In this document: positions 34,031 through 44,481 of the stretch, one piece after another | How positions within the stretch are numbered: position 1 is the stretch's first letter | Layout: every line of letters starts with the position of its first letter | IMG/VR virus record: IMGVR_UViG_3300031555_001748 | Location: 11,376 to 75,375 of that record | Direction: 5' to 3' (one strand) | DNA length: 64,000 nucleotides | DNA from: a virus | Lineage: Duplodnaviria; Caudoviricetes | The notes under the pieces: model-generated | Seen by the model: only the letters and a program-made list of their open reading frames with translations | Told to the model about the DNA's origin: nothing | The model's database searches: none | Program-made: the position numbers and the translations under genes

Positions 34031-36579
34031 GGTGATGTAAATGATTCGCATAGAGGGACATTGGGAAGCCGTTGCAAGCCTACGAGATATTTCTAAAATT
34101 ATTAGAGAATATTATAACCGTGAACTTGCAGATGAAATGGATAAGTTGATTGAAATACAAGAAAATGAAATTCGTGATTTACAGTTGGAATTATATAATG
34201 CGCCAATGTACGACAACGACGACGACGATTGGTATGATGACTGAAACGAGGTAAACAATATGAGTTTTTTGGTAACAAATAAAGACAATGGCGAGATGTA
34301 CGAAGTATATGATATTGTGTATAACAAGGCTGGATATCCGCACTTTTTAATTTACAAAAATGGTGAATGGCTTCGTCTAAGCGCAAAGCACTTTACACCG
34401 TTTTGTCCTCTTGATTACGAGAGTGACTTTTAAAAGTTTAATTTTATGAGGTAATAATATGAATCTTGAATGGAATGTGTTTCGTCATGATATAAATAAG
34501 AACAAAATAGTTACTTTTAATATCTTTGACCACTGGAAGTTCAGCGAAGATGTCCAAAAGTCCTTGAAGAAATTCAAGGACAAGGACGAATTCGCAGAGC
34601 ATCTAAGACGAGATTTGATGTATTATTTCTGGTCTAAGTTTGAGTACGAAGTAGTGATTACAACTTTTCCTCCTTACATTACTATGGACGAGTTAGATAG
34701 ATTGAATCATGAAAGATGGTCACATAAAGATAGATATGGTACAGACTATGTGCGAATTAATGTTAGTCCAGATACTGGAGTCAAGATTGATATTTATGAA
34801 CAAGTTATGAACAATTGGAACATTTTCTTAGATTATGTATGGAATAGTAAAATTCGTAGACCAAGAAAGAAGAAGGTGGATGTAGATGCTGACGGCTTGG
34901 GATGCTAAACAGAAGACTCAGGAATACGCAAGAGACTTTCGTGAAGAATGTTATGAAATAGAGGGGCTTATTGAAAAAGCAATTCTATCTGGTCATTTCT
35001 ATGTGGTTGAATCAGGATATATAAATCCAGCAATGAAAAGACATTTAGAAAATTTAGGATACATTGTTAAAACTGGAACCCAATATAATGAACCTTATTA
35101 TTCTATTAGTTGGAAATAACAATTAAAACTAACATTTTAAGAGGTAAAGTTATGAAGAAGTTTACAATAGAATTAGTTTGGCATAACTGTTTAGAATGTC
35201 CACCAGAAGAAGCGACAAACGATTATCTTATTGCGACAGATGGCGTTGATGTGTTCGAAGCGTTTTGGTATAGACCAGATGGTTTTATGATTCATGCAAA
35301 GCATGGATGGCATGGACTTTATGAAGATTTAAATAAATGGTACTGGGCAGATATTAGACAGACTGTGCGAGGAGACTACAGATTCAGAGGCTTGATTGTC
35401 GATGATGTTGTTGCCGTTTGTCAAGAATATCTAGGACAATTAAAACAGGGATTTTAATATGAGGTAAAAATATGAATGATGTAGAATTTGATATTGATGA
35501 ATTTGAAGTATTTGACGAATATGATGACTCATATGAAAACGAAATTATGAAATTCATTTGGGGTGTAAAGTCTTGGGACGATTTGTGCGAATCAGACGCT
35601 TGCTTGTACACAATGAATGATATCGAATTAGACTATCTCAAAGATACAAAAAAATATCTCTTAAGCATAGAAACCATTTTTATTTTTGATAAAGAAGAAC
35701 ATAAATTAAGTTATCTTAAGTATTGTTTAGACGAGTTTGAAAAATTCATGGTGGAAAACGGGTATAATACAGAAGTAAAGCCGCACTGGTGGAATGTATT
35801 TGGTGACGGTATGAATACACATTTTGATAGTATTGAAGAATGTTATGCAACGTTCAAGTTGCTTGTAAATGGCTATTGCAACTTTAAGAGGTAAGTATAT
35901 ATGGATGAAAAGAAATATGTAACATGGGAAATGTTTGAACAGTATCATAAGAAACTTATGGAATACATTGATATACACGATGACTTAATGCTAGATGGTT
36001 TCACTATTTGTCCTAAATGCGGTGAAATTATGACAAGTGACAAGTGTGAGAACTGTGCAAAAGAAGATTAAAACAAAGATTTTAAGGTGAGAATTATGAC
36101 AAATGAACAGATGGCAGAAAGACGAGTTGCTAGAGAAATTTTGAGCATCATTGAAACAATTTGTTTTAGCGAAGAGTATAAAGCATATAGAATTAATTAT
36201 GGAAGCAATGGTCAACGAGATTTAATTATATCCACTATTAAAGCCAAATATAATGTTGGCTGATAAAATAAAGGTTTTAAGAGGTAAATTTATGAACGCA
36301 GAAGAAAGACTGTTATACGCTGGATATGAGGACGTTAAGTATTTAGTAAATTATAGTTATGACGATGCCTTGATTGGAGTTACAGAAGACGGCAGAGCTG
36401 TTTATAACTATGAGCTTATGATTGAATGGCTTATGAATGAAGAGGGCTGGACTGACAATGAGGCTGTTGAATGGATTGAAACAAATACAATAAGAGCCTT
36501 GCCTTATATGGGCAATGACGCACCGATTATTGTGTATCCATTGCCATATTATTAAATAAAATAAATTTTGAATAATACC

Positions 36580-36608
36580 TTGACAGAGTTGTAAGATTAT
36601 GGTATAAT
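36580..36608 (+). promoter_or_regulatory. Consensus sigma-A promoter of dnaE with operator box and inverted repeat
   Basis: TTGACA-17-TATAAT; box at 36639-36657; inverted repeat 36585-36598/36632-36645. Confidence 0.9.
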
Positions 36609-36672
36609 ACTCATGTAAAAAATATCAATTAAATCTTACAACTCTTAAGGTTATATAGAAAGGTGTAGGTAG

Positions 36673-39600
36673 ATGAGATATAATAATTTTCATAAGCATA
36701 CTCATTATAGCAACATCAAGACACTTGATTGTATTTCTAAACCAGAAGATTACATCAAACGAGCTGTTGAATTAGGTCATATTACATATTTTACAACAGA
36801 ACATGGATTTCAAGGCAATATTTACGAAGCATACACTCTTTGCGAACAGTATGGACTTAAGTGCATTTATGGTGTAGAAGCATATTATGTAGACGATATG
36901 TACGATAAATCTTCAAGAAGTAATTATCACTTGATGCTTGTTGCAATGAACGATAATGGCAGAAAAGAAATTAACAAGATTATGTCTTTGGCGAATACAG
37001 ATGGTTTCTATTACAAACCAAGAATTGACCTGAAATGTTTACTGTCTCTTACACCTGCTGATGTTATTGTGACTACTGCTTGTGTTGCAAGCAGAATGTT
37101 TAAAGGCAAGATAAAAAAGAGAAATGAATTAATTGGTTATGAAAAAAAATCAACATATCTTGGTATGGATGAGAATGAATGTCCTATATACGAAGAATCT
37201 GAAGAAGACGATTTTGACAAACCAATCTATCAAGAGGTTGAATATGAAGACAAGGTAAGTTGGCTAAACGACTTCTTAATTCCTGTACATAATCATTTCG
37301 GTAGCAATTTTTACTTAGAAGTGCAAAATCATAATGAGTCAGTGCAGATTGAGCACAATAAAAAACTTCTTGCTGTCAGAAAAAAATATGGAATTCAGCT
37401 TATTCATGCAAACGATAGTCACTATATTTACCCAGAAGATGCAAAATATCGTGACTTGTTCTTAAATGCAAAAGGAATGCACTACGAAGATGAAAGTAAC
37501 TTTGTCCTTGATTATCCCGATGCAGACACTATCATTGAGAGATATCATGCTCAAGGTGTATTAAATGATGAGCAAATTAAAGAGGCGTTAGAAAATACAC
37601 TTATTTTTGATAACGCCGACAGTATTAAACTTGATAAAGAATTCAAGATACCTAAAATTACAGACGGCAATAGTGATATGGTATTGAGAAAAATCATTTC
37701 TGACGCTTGGAAAGAAGAAAAGAAAAGCATTCCAAAAGAAAGAATCAAAGAATACGAACAAGCAATTTATTATGAAATGGATATCATAAAGAATTGTGGA
37801 ATGGCAGATTACTTCATTCTTGACCATAAGATTATTAAGAAGGCTGTCAATGAATATAATGCGGTTTTGACAAGAAGCGGTAGAGGTAGTGCGGTTTCAT
37901 TTTATGTAAACCGCTTGTTGGGACTGACAGAGATTGACAGACTAAAATCTCCAATTACACTTTATCCTACAAGATTTATGAGCGCAGAGCGTATTCTTAG
38001 CTCTCGTTCTCTTCCAGATATTGACCTTAACTTTGCTGATGTAGAACCAGTAATTAAAGCTTCAAAAGACATTCTTGGCGAAGATGGTATTTATTATATG
38101 GTTGCATATAAGCCACTGCAAGAGTCTTCTGCTTTTAGACTATGGTGCAAGGCAAATGGATATCATATTGACGAGTATAATGAAATTGCAAAAGACCTAG
38201 AGAATCACTTGGAAGACAATAGATGGAAGCAAGTTATTGAAGACAGCAAGATTTTTAGAGGTGTAATTGAGAGTATTGCTCCCTCTCCGTGTTCATTCTT
38301 GTTGTTAGACAAACCTATTTCAGAAGAAGTTGGTTTGATAAGAGTTGGTAACGCAACTAACTATACAATGTGTTGCGCAATTGACGGCTATAACTGTGAT
38401 GTTTACAAATATTTGAAAAATGATTACTTGACGGTAAAAGTGTATGAAATTATTGATAAGGTGTATAAGCTAATTGGTAGACCAATAGACAACATTGACA
38501 CTTTGCTTGCCAATTGTGATGACAAAGTATGGGATGTATATGCAAATGCCTTAACAACAACCATCAACCAGTCTGATTCTGATTTTGGCAAACAGACATT
38601 AAAGAGATATAAGCCTACATCTTTGGCGGAAATGTCTGCATGGGTAGCTGCTATTAGACCCGGCTTTGCTTCTCTGTTGAACAATTTCTTAGATAGATTG
38701 CCTTACACGACTGGTGTTAAAGAGTTGGATGATATACTAGAAGACTCTTTCCATTACTTGACATATCAGGAATCTATTATGAAGTATCTTGTTTGGTTGG
38801 GAATCGAAGAGAAGGGTACATATGACATCATTAAAAAGATTGCTAAAAAGAAGTTTAAGGAAAAGGAACTAGAAGAACTTAAGGCACAACTTTTACAAGG
38901 TTGGGTGAAAAATGTTGGCACAGAAGATGGTTTTGCTGAAACATGGCAGGTCGTTGAAGATGCCGCTCATTATTCTTTCAATGCATCGCACTCACTGTCT
39001 GTTGCCATTGATAGTATTTATGGAGCTTATTTGAAATCTCATTATCCTCTTGAATACTTTACTGTTGTATTGACGTTGTATGCCGATGATATAGATAGAA
39101 CATCTAAGTTAATTGAAGAATTGCCTTATTTCGGTATTACGATTCAACCTGTAAAATTCGGCAAATCTGGCTCAGATTATACATTAGACAAAGAAAATAA
39201 TCAGATTTATAAGGGTGTTCAAAGCATAAAATACCTCAATGCTCAAATCGGAGAAGAGCTACTTGAATTATCAAAGAATAAATATGGTACTTTTATAGAA
39301 TTGTTAAAGGATATTAAAGAAAAGACTTCTATTAACTCTAAGCAATTAACCATTCTTATTGCTTTGAATTATTTCGAAGACTTTGGAGCGAATGATTATT
39401 TGTTAAAAATAATTGATATCTATGATAAGTTTGCAACTACTAAAATTATAGCAAAAAATAAAATGGAATCATTAGGTATAAACGAATATCTTATGACAAA
39501 GTATGCTGCCAAAGAAACAAAGTCTCAATATAGAGAACTTGATAATGATGGTTTAATCAAAGAACTTTGTAGCAAGGTTGAAAACAAACCTTTATCAATT

Positions 39601-39933
39601 ACTGAACAGATTAAATTTGAAATAGAATACTTGGGATATGCTGTTTATACCAACGAAAATATTGCCGATTATTATTATATTGTTACCGAGTTTGAGCAAT
39701 ATAAAGACGCATCTCGTCCATATTTTACATTGTATAATTTGAGAACTGGTGAAAGTATCAAGACAAAAATCAGACAAGGTAAAGTTTACAAAGAGAATCC
39801 TTTTGGGTTGTATTCCGTTTTGGATATTAGAGGATTCACTTATAAGAATAAGACAAAGTTAGTAGATGGCGAATGGACGAAGACAGAAGAACTCGAAGCT
39901 ATTGTTGAAACATATGAGGTTGTAAAGAAATGA
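36673..39933 (+). CDS. dnaE: DNA polymerase III alpha subunit (family C) with PHP domain
   Basis: HKHTHYS, TEHG, GVEAY, NDSHY (PHP); GRGSA, PDID, KNDYL, FNASH. Confidence 0.95.
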   Translation: MRYNNFHKHTHYSNIKTLDCISKPEDYIKRAVELGHITYFTTEHGFQGNIYEAYTLCEQYGLKCIYGVEAYYVDDMYDKSSRSNYHLMLVAMNDNGRKEINKIMSLANTDGFYYKPRIDLKCLLSLTPADVIVTTACVASRMFKGKIKKRNELIGYEKKSTYLGMDENECPIYEESEEDDFDKPIYQEVEYEDKVSWLNDFLIPVHNHFGSNFYLEVQNHNESVQIEHNKKLLAVRKKYGIQLIHANDSHYIYPEDAKYRDLFLNAKGMHYEDESNFVLDYPDADTIIERYHAQGVLNDEQIKEALENTLIFDNADSIKLDKEFKIPKITDGNSDMVLRKIISDAWKEEKKSIPKERIKEYEQAIYYEMDIIKNCGMADYFILDHKIIKKAVNEYNAVLTRSGRGSAVSFYVNRLLGLTEIDRLKSPITLYPTRFMSAERILSSRSLPDIDLNFADVEPVIKASKDILGEDGIYYMVAYKPLQESSAFRLWCKANGYHIDEYNEIAKDLENHLEDNRWKQVIEDSKIFRGVIESIAPSPCSFLLLDKPISEEVGLIRVGNATNYTMCCAIDGYNCDVYKYLKNDYLTVKVYEIIDKVYKLIGRPIDNIDTLLANCDDKVWDVYANALTTTINQSDSDFGKQTLKRYKPTSLAEMSAWVAAIRPGFASLLNNFLDRLPYTTGVKELDDILEDSFHYLTYQESIMKYLVWLGIEEKGTYDIIKKIAKKKFKEKELEELKAQLLQGWVKNVGTEDGFAETWQVVEDAAHYSFNASHSLSVAIDSIYGAYLKSHYPLEYFTVVLTLYADDIDRTSKLIEELPYFGITIQPVKFGKSGSDYTLDKENNQIYKGVQSIKYLNAQIGEELLELSKNKYGTFIELLKDIKEKTSINSKQLTILIALNYFEDFGANDYLLKIIDIYDKFATTKIIAKNKMESLGINEYLMTKYAAKETKSQYRELDNDGLIKELCSKVENKPLSITEQIKFEIEYLGYAVYTNENIADYYYIVTEFEQYKDASRPYFTLYNLRTGESIKTKIRQGKVYKENPFGLYSVLDIRGFTYKNKTKLVDGEWTKTEELEAIVETYEVVKK

Positions 39934-42188
39934 ACGAACAGAAGCAATATAAATTTAAGGGAGTAGTCATTAGGTGTACTTATAACACACCAGATTATAA
40001 GATATATGCTGTCGATGTAAGCAAAATTGACTATCCAGATATCAAACAGAACAAGTATAATAATGTCAGCATCTTGGGCGAGTTAGCCGACCTCACATTA
40101 GGCGTAGAATACGAAATTACAGCAGAAGAGCAGACTAATAAGTATGGCACTAGTTACAAAGTTATCAACCTAAGACGGGATATGCCAACTACCACAGAAG
40201 GCACATATTTGTTTCTTTCAGAGATTCTGACTGAGAATCAAGCTAAGGTCTTAGTGGAACACTATCCAGATATTATTCAAAAGGTAAAGAATAACAATTT
40301 GGACGACATTGACTTATCAAAGCTAAAGGGAATTGGTACAAAAACTTTTGAAAAAATAAAAGACAAAATTATAACTAATTTTGCTCTTATGGATTTAGTT
40401 ATTGAGTTTAAGAATGTTTTGTCGATGAGTATTATCAAGAAGATTTATGATGAATATTCTTCTATTGATAAGCTGAAAGAAAAATTGAAAGTGCAACCAT
40501 ATACAACATTAACCAGAATTAGTCGCATAGGATTCAAGACGGCAGACAGTATTATCTTACAGTTACAGAAAGAAAATATTATTGATTTTGGTTATGATGT
40601 AAAAACCTCACCAGATAGATGTTTGTCTTGTATGTTATATCTATTGGAAGAGAATGAAAATGATGGTCATACCAAGATGAACTTAGCCGACCTTAGACAG
40701 CAGTGCTTAAAAATGGTTCCATCTTGTGCAGAACATTTTGTTGATGTTATTAAGGACGATAACATTTACTATAACAAAGACAATATGGAAGTAGCCCTTC
40801 GTCAAACATACGAAACTGAAAAATATATTGCAGATACAATTTTATCTAATTTGCAAGGTGCAAATAATATATGGGAATTTGATACCTATAGGTACAAAAA
40901 GGTAGGAGAATTTGAACTGTCTGATGAGCAGATGCAGATTCTTGATGTAGTATGTAAGAACAATATTGCCATCTTGAACGGATTTGCAGGAGCTGGCAAG
41001 ACTGCATCTACACAAGGCATTATCAACATGCTAAAAGACAACAATAAATCTTTTAGATTGATGAGTCCTACTGGTCGTGCTGCAAAGGTTTTGCACGAAA
41101 ACACAAATGAGCCAGCATCTACAATCCATAGAGGTTTGGGTTATGTGCCACCTAATCAATGGACATATAACGAATGGCAAAAACTTCATGCAGATATTAT
41201 AATTGTCGATGAGTTTTCTATGGTTGATATTTGGTTGTTTAAGAAGCTACTTGATGCTATTGATTTTAGTTATACAAAGCTGTTATTGATTGGTGATAAT
41301 GCACAGTTACCTTCTGTATCTTGTGGCAACTTGCTTCACGATTTCATGGAGGCAAATATTATTCCTACCGTTACACTGAATAAAATCTTTAGATATTCTA
41401 GTGGTGGATTGATGAAGGTGGCGACAGATACAAGATGTTGTAAAGAGTATCTAACAAAAGATATGAAATCTAAGGCAACCACTTTCGGCAACAACCAAGA
41501 CTATATGTTTATTGATTTAGCATCCGAGTTAATTCCCAAAAACGTAGTGGCTTTGTATAAGAAGCTGTTAGACAATGGTAGTAGCATTGAGGATATTCAA
41601 GTTCTGACTGCAAAGAATGTTGGTGAATGCGGTTCTGTTGAATTAAATAATATGATTCAGAGAATTGCAAACCCAAACTACGGCAGTGAAGTTAATATGA
41701 AAGTTGGAGATACGACCTATTATGAAGGGGATTTGATTCTTCAGTGTGTAAATAACTATAATGCCGAATTAGTAAGGGATAAAAGTAATTCAAATTGGTC
41801 TTTGGATGACGAAGCAGAAACGGCTTTTGTTGCAAACGGTGAGACTGCTATTATTGAAGAGATTTATAACACTTATATAATCGCCAACTTTAATGGAATT
41901 CGTGTTAAGTATTATAGAAATGATATGAACATGGTTAAGCTGGGCTATGCGATAAGCATTCATAAATCGCAGGGCGGCGGTTTTAAAACGGTAATCTTGT
42001 GCAGTCCACAAAGCCATATTTTTATGTTGAATTCAAATCTTCTGTACGTTGGATTAACACGAATGAAAGAAAAGTTGTATCACTTAGGAAGTTTGCAGAG
42101 TGTAAACCAAGCAGTTAAAAAGAAAGCGAATTTAACCAGACATACTTTTATGCAAAATTTGTTAAAACCTATTGACAAACAAGAATAA
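39930..42188 (+). CDS. recD2: RecD2-like SF1B helicase
   Basis: GFAGAGKT, PTGRAA, TIHR, VDEFSM, IGD..QLPSV, YAISIHKSQG, LYVGLTR. Confidence 0.92.
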   Translation: MNEQKQYKFKGVVIRCTYNTPDYKIYAVDVSKIDYPDIKQNKYNNVSILGELADLTLGVEYEITAEEQTNKYGTSYKVINLRRDMPTTTEGTYLFLSEILTENQAKVLVEHYPDIIQKVKNNNLDDIDLSKLKGIGTKTFEKIKDKIITNFALMDLVIEFKNVLSMSIIKKIYDEYSSIDKLKEKLKVQPYTTLTRISRIGFKTADSIILQLQKENIIDFGYDVKTSPDRCLSCMLYLLEENENDGHTKMNLADLRQQCLKMVPSCAEHFVDVIKDDNIYYNKDNMEVALRQTYETEKYIADTILSNLQGANNIWEFDTYRYKKVGEFELSDEQMQILDVVCKNNIAILNGFAGAGKTASTQGIINMLKDNNKSFRLMSPTGRAAKVLHENTNEPASTIHRGLGYVPPNQWTYNEWQKLHADIIIVDEFSMVDIWLFKKLLDAIDFSYTKLLLIGDNAQLPSVSCGNLLHDFMEANIIPTVTLNKIFRYSSGGLMKVATDTRCCKEYLTKDMKSKATTFGNNQDYMFIDLASELIPKNVVALYKKLLDNGSSIEDIQVLTAKNVGECGSVELNNMIQRIANPNYGSEVNMKVGDTTYYEGDLILQCVNNYNAELVRDKSNSNWSLDDEAETAFVANGETAIIEEIYNTYIIANFNGIRVKYYRNDMNMVKLGYAISIHKSQGGGFKTVILCSPQSHIFMLNSNLLYVGLTRMKEKLYHLGSLQSVNQAVKKKANLTRHTFMQNLLKPIDKQE

Positions 42189-42200
42189 AAAGAGTATAAT
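42172..42200 (+). promoter_or_regulatory. Consensus sigma-A promoter upstream of the ligase/RNR operon
   Basis: TTGACA-17-TATAAT, then hairpin TAGGGCTTA-TTTT-TAAGCCCTA and box 42234-42252. Confidence 0.9.
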
Positions 42201-42471
42201 ATTAACAGTAATTTAGGGCTTATTTTTAAGCCCTAACTACTAAAGTTATATAAGGAAGGTGAAGAAATGAGCGACAGTAATCATAAGAAGAAGACTAAGA
42301 AGAATAAGAAATGTAAGATTAAGTGTGCAACTTGCGAGTTCTATGATGCACCAATTGACTATTGCTCACAGAAAAAAATTGAACAATGCACTATGCAAGC
42401 ACATATCAATTTCTCATCTTGTGATGAGTATCTTATTCGTGAAGACCTAGTAATGTTTTAAGGAGATACAT

Positions 42472-44448
42472 ATGAATTCGATTGAACTAGATATGATGAG
42501 AGGCATGGTTTCAATCCTTAATGAAGCGTCAAATGCATATTACAACACTGGTCATCCCATTATGACCGATGAACAGTTTGATGCTAGATTGGCAGACCTT
42601 AAACAACTCGAAGAAGAAACTGGTTTTGTTTTAGCAAATTCTCCTACACACAATGTTGGTGCAAAAGTTTTGACCGAGCTTAAAGAGGTAACACACTCTT
42701 ATCCTATGTTGAGCTTAGAGAAGTGCCATACTGTAGAGGAGCTAATTAAATTTGCCAATAATAAAGAATTAGTGGCTAGTATTAAGTTAGATGGTCTTAC
42801 TTGTAGACTAACCTATGAAGATGGGCTTCTCTCTCGTGCTGAAACTAGAGGCAACGGACATGTTGGTTCTGACATTACTGAACATGTTAAACAGTTTAAG
42901 AATGTTCCTTTGAAGATTAATAAGGAAGGAACTTATATTATTGATGGCGAGGCAATTATTACAGATGATGATTTTGCCGAAGTCAATAAGGATGGCGAAT
43001 ACAAGAATAGTAGAAATCTAGCTTCTGGCACTCTTGCTGTTTTGGATACATCTTTAGTAGCAAAGAGAAGATTGAGACTTCTTGGTTGGGATGTTATTGA
43101 AGGTGGTGGCAATAGCCTTTATGAAAACCTAAATGAAGCAAAAGAATTAGGCTTTGATGTCGTGCCTCATTGGTTTAATAATACTACCACTGGTTTAAAT
43201 CCTAAGAATTTAGAGGGCAATATTTATTATATCTTTGACTATACCAAGGAAGAGGGCTTGCCTTGCGATGGTATTGTATTTAAGTTTAATGATATTGCAT
43301 ATGGCAAGTCTCTAGGTGCTACTAGTCATCATTTCAGAAATGGTATTGCTTACAAGGCAAAAGATGAAGTGTATGAAACTGAGTTAATTGATGTTGAATT
43401 TACGATGGGAAAGACTGGAGTTCTTACTCCTACTGCCGTGTTTAAGCCAGTGGAAATTGACGGAACTACTGTTGAACGAGCATCCGTACATAATATGTCT
43501 ATTCTGTCCAAGCTAGATTTACATATTGGAGATACTATTGAAGTTGTAAAAGCCAATTCCATTATTCCTCAAGTTAAGAGAAACGTTTCTGCTGATGAGA
43601 GAATGGCACTGGGCAAGCCACGAGATTTCATTGCCTTCCCAGAACATTGTCCTGTTTGTGGTGGCACAACTAGACTAGTAACAGAGAATAGTTCTACTGT
43701 TCTTGTTTGCACAAATGAATTTTGTAAGGGTAAGTTGCTTGGTAAGTTGACTCATTTTGTTTCTAAGAACGCAATGAATGTAGATGGAATGAGCGAGGCA
43801 ACCTTAGAAAAGTTTATTGAGCTTGGTTGGCTGACTTGTTTTGAAGATGTTTATAGCTTAAAATACCACTTCTCTGAAATGATTAAGCTTGATGGCTTTG
43901 GTGAGAAGTCTGCAAAAAAGCTGTTGGATTCTATTGCGAAGTCAAAGAATACTACTCTTGATAGATTTATCTATGCACTTTCCATTCCTTTAATTGGTCG
44001 CTCTGCAAGTAAGACTATTAGCAAGTATTTTAATGGAGACTTTAATAAATTCTGCAAAGAATGCTGTCTGAATCAGTTTGACTTCACTGTACTTGATGAT
44101 TTTGGCGAAGCTATGAATGACTCTATTAATGATTATATCGAGAAGAATGTTGTTATGATTGGCAATCTTGCAAAGGAAATGTATTTTGAAAAGCCGCAGA
44201 TTGTTTCTGGCTCTAGCTTAGAGGGAAAGACTTTTGTAATTACTGGCAGTCTAAATCATTTTGCAAATAGAGATGAAGCCAAAGAAAAGATTGAAGCTGC
44301 TGGTGGCAAGGTGAGTGGTTCTGTTTCTGCAAAAACCTCTTACTTGGTAAACAATGATACAACATCTACGAGTGGCAAAAATAAGAAAGCAAAAGAATTA
44401 AACATTCCTATTATTTCTGAAGAAGAATTAATTAAGATGTTAAACTAA
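42472..44448 (+). CDS. ligA: NAD+-dependent DNA ligase
   Basis: YY, MLSL, KLDG, TRG.G..G.D.T, CDG.V.K, C4 zinc finger, HhH, BRCT (GKTFVITG). Confidence 0.97.
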   Translation: MNSIELDMMRGMVSILNEASNAYYNTGHPIMTDEQFDARLADLKQLEEETGFVLANSPTHNVGAKVLTELKEVTHSYPMLSLEKCHTVEELIKFANNKELVASIKLDGLTCRLTYEDGLLSRAETRGNGHVGSDITEHVKQFKNVPLKINKEGTYIIDGEAIITDDDFAEVNKDGEYKNSRNLASGTLAVLDTSLVAKRRLRLLGWDVIEGGGNSLYENLNEAKELGFDVVPHWFNNTTTGLNPKNLEGNIYYIFDYTKEEGLPCDGIVFKFNDIAYGKSLGATSHHFRNGIAYKAKDEVYETELIDVEFTMGKTGVLTPTAVFKPVEIDGTTVERASVHNMSILSKLDLHIGDTIEVVKANSIIPQVKRNVSADERMALGKPRDFIAFPEHCPVCGGTTRLVTENSSTVLVCTNEFCKGKLLGKLTHFVSKNAMNVDGMSEATLEKFIELGWLTCFEDVYSLKYHFSEMIKLDGFGEKSAKKLLDSIAKSKNTTLDRFIYALSIPLIGRSASKTISKYFNGDFNKFCKECCLNQFDFTVLDDFGEAMNDSINDYIEKNVVMIGNLAKEMYFEKPQIVSGSSLEGKTFVITGSLNHFANRDEAKEKIEAAGGKVSGSVSAKTSYLVNNDTTSTSGKNKKAKELNIPIISEEELIKMLN

Positions 44449-44481
44449 TAAATATATAAGAATGAAAATAAGAGGTGGCAT

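Larger units (their letters stand above)
31161..36279. repeat. Second cluster of TAAAA-N6-TTTTA sites (8 exact copies) in an accessory island between primase and DnaE
   Basis: Starts at 31161, 32595, 32818, 34431, 35124, 35441, 36069, 36264. Confidence 0.9.

Noticed and set aside
42204-42236. Pistol ribozyme (TTAGGG...CCCTAA)
   Set aside because: P1 flanks and the catalytic core are missing; it is a simple hairpin.
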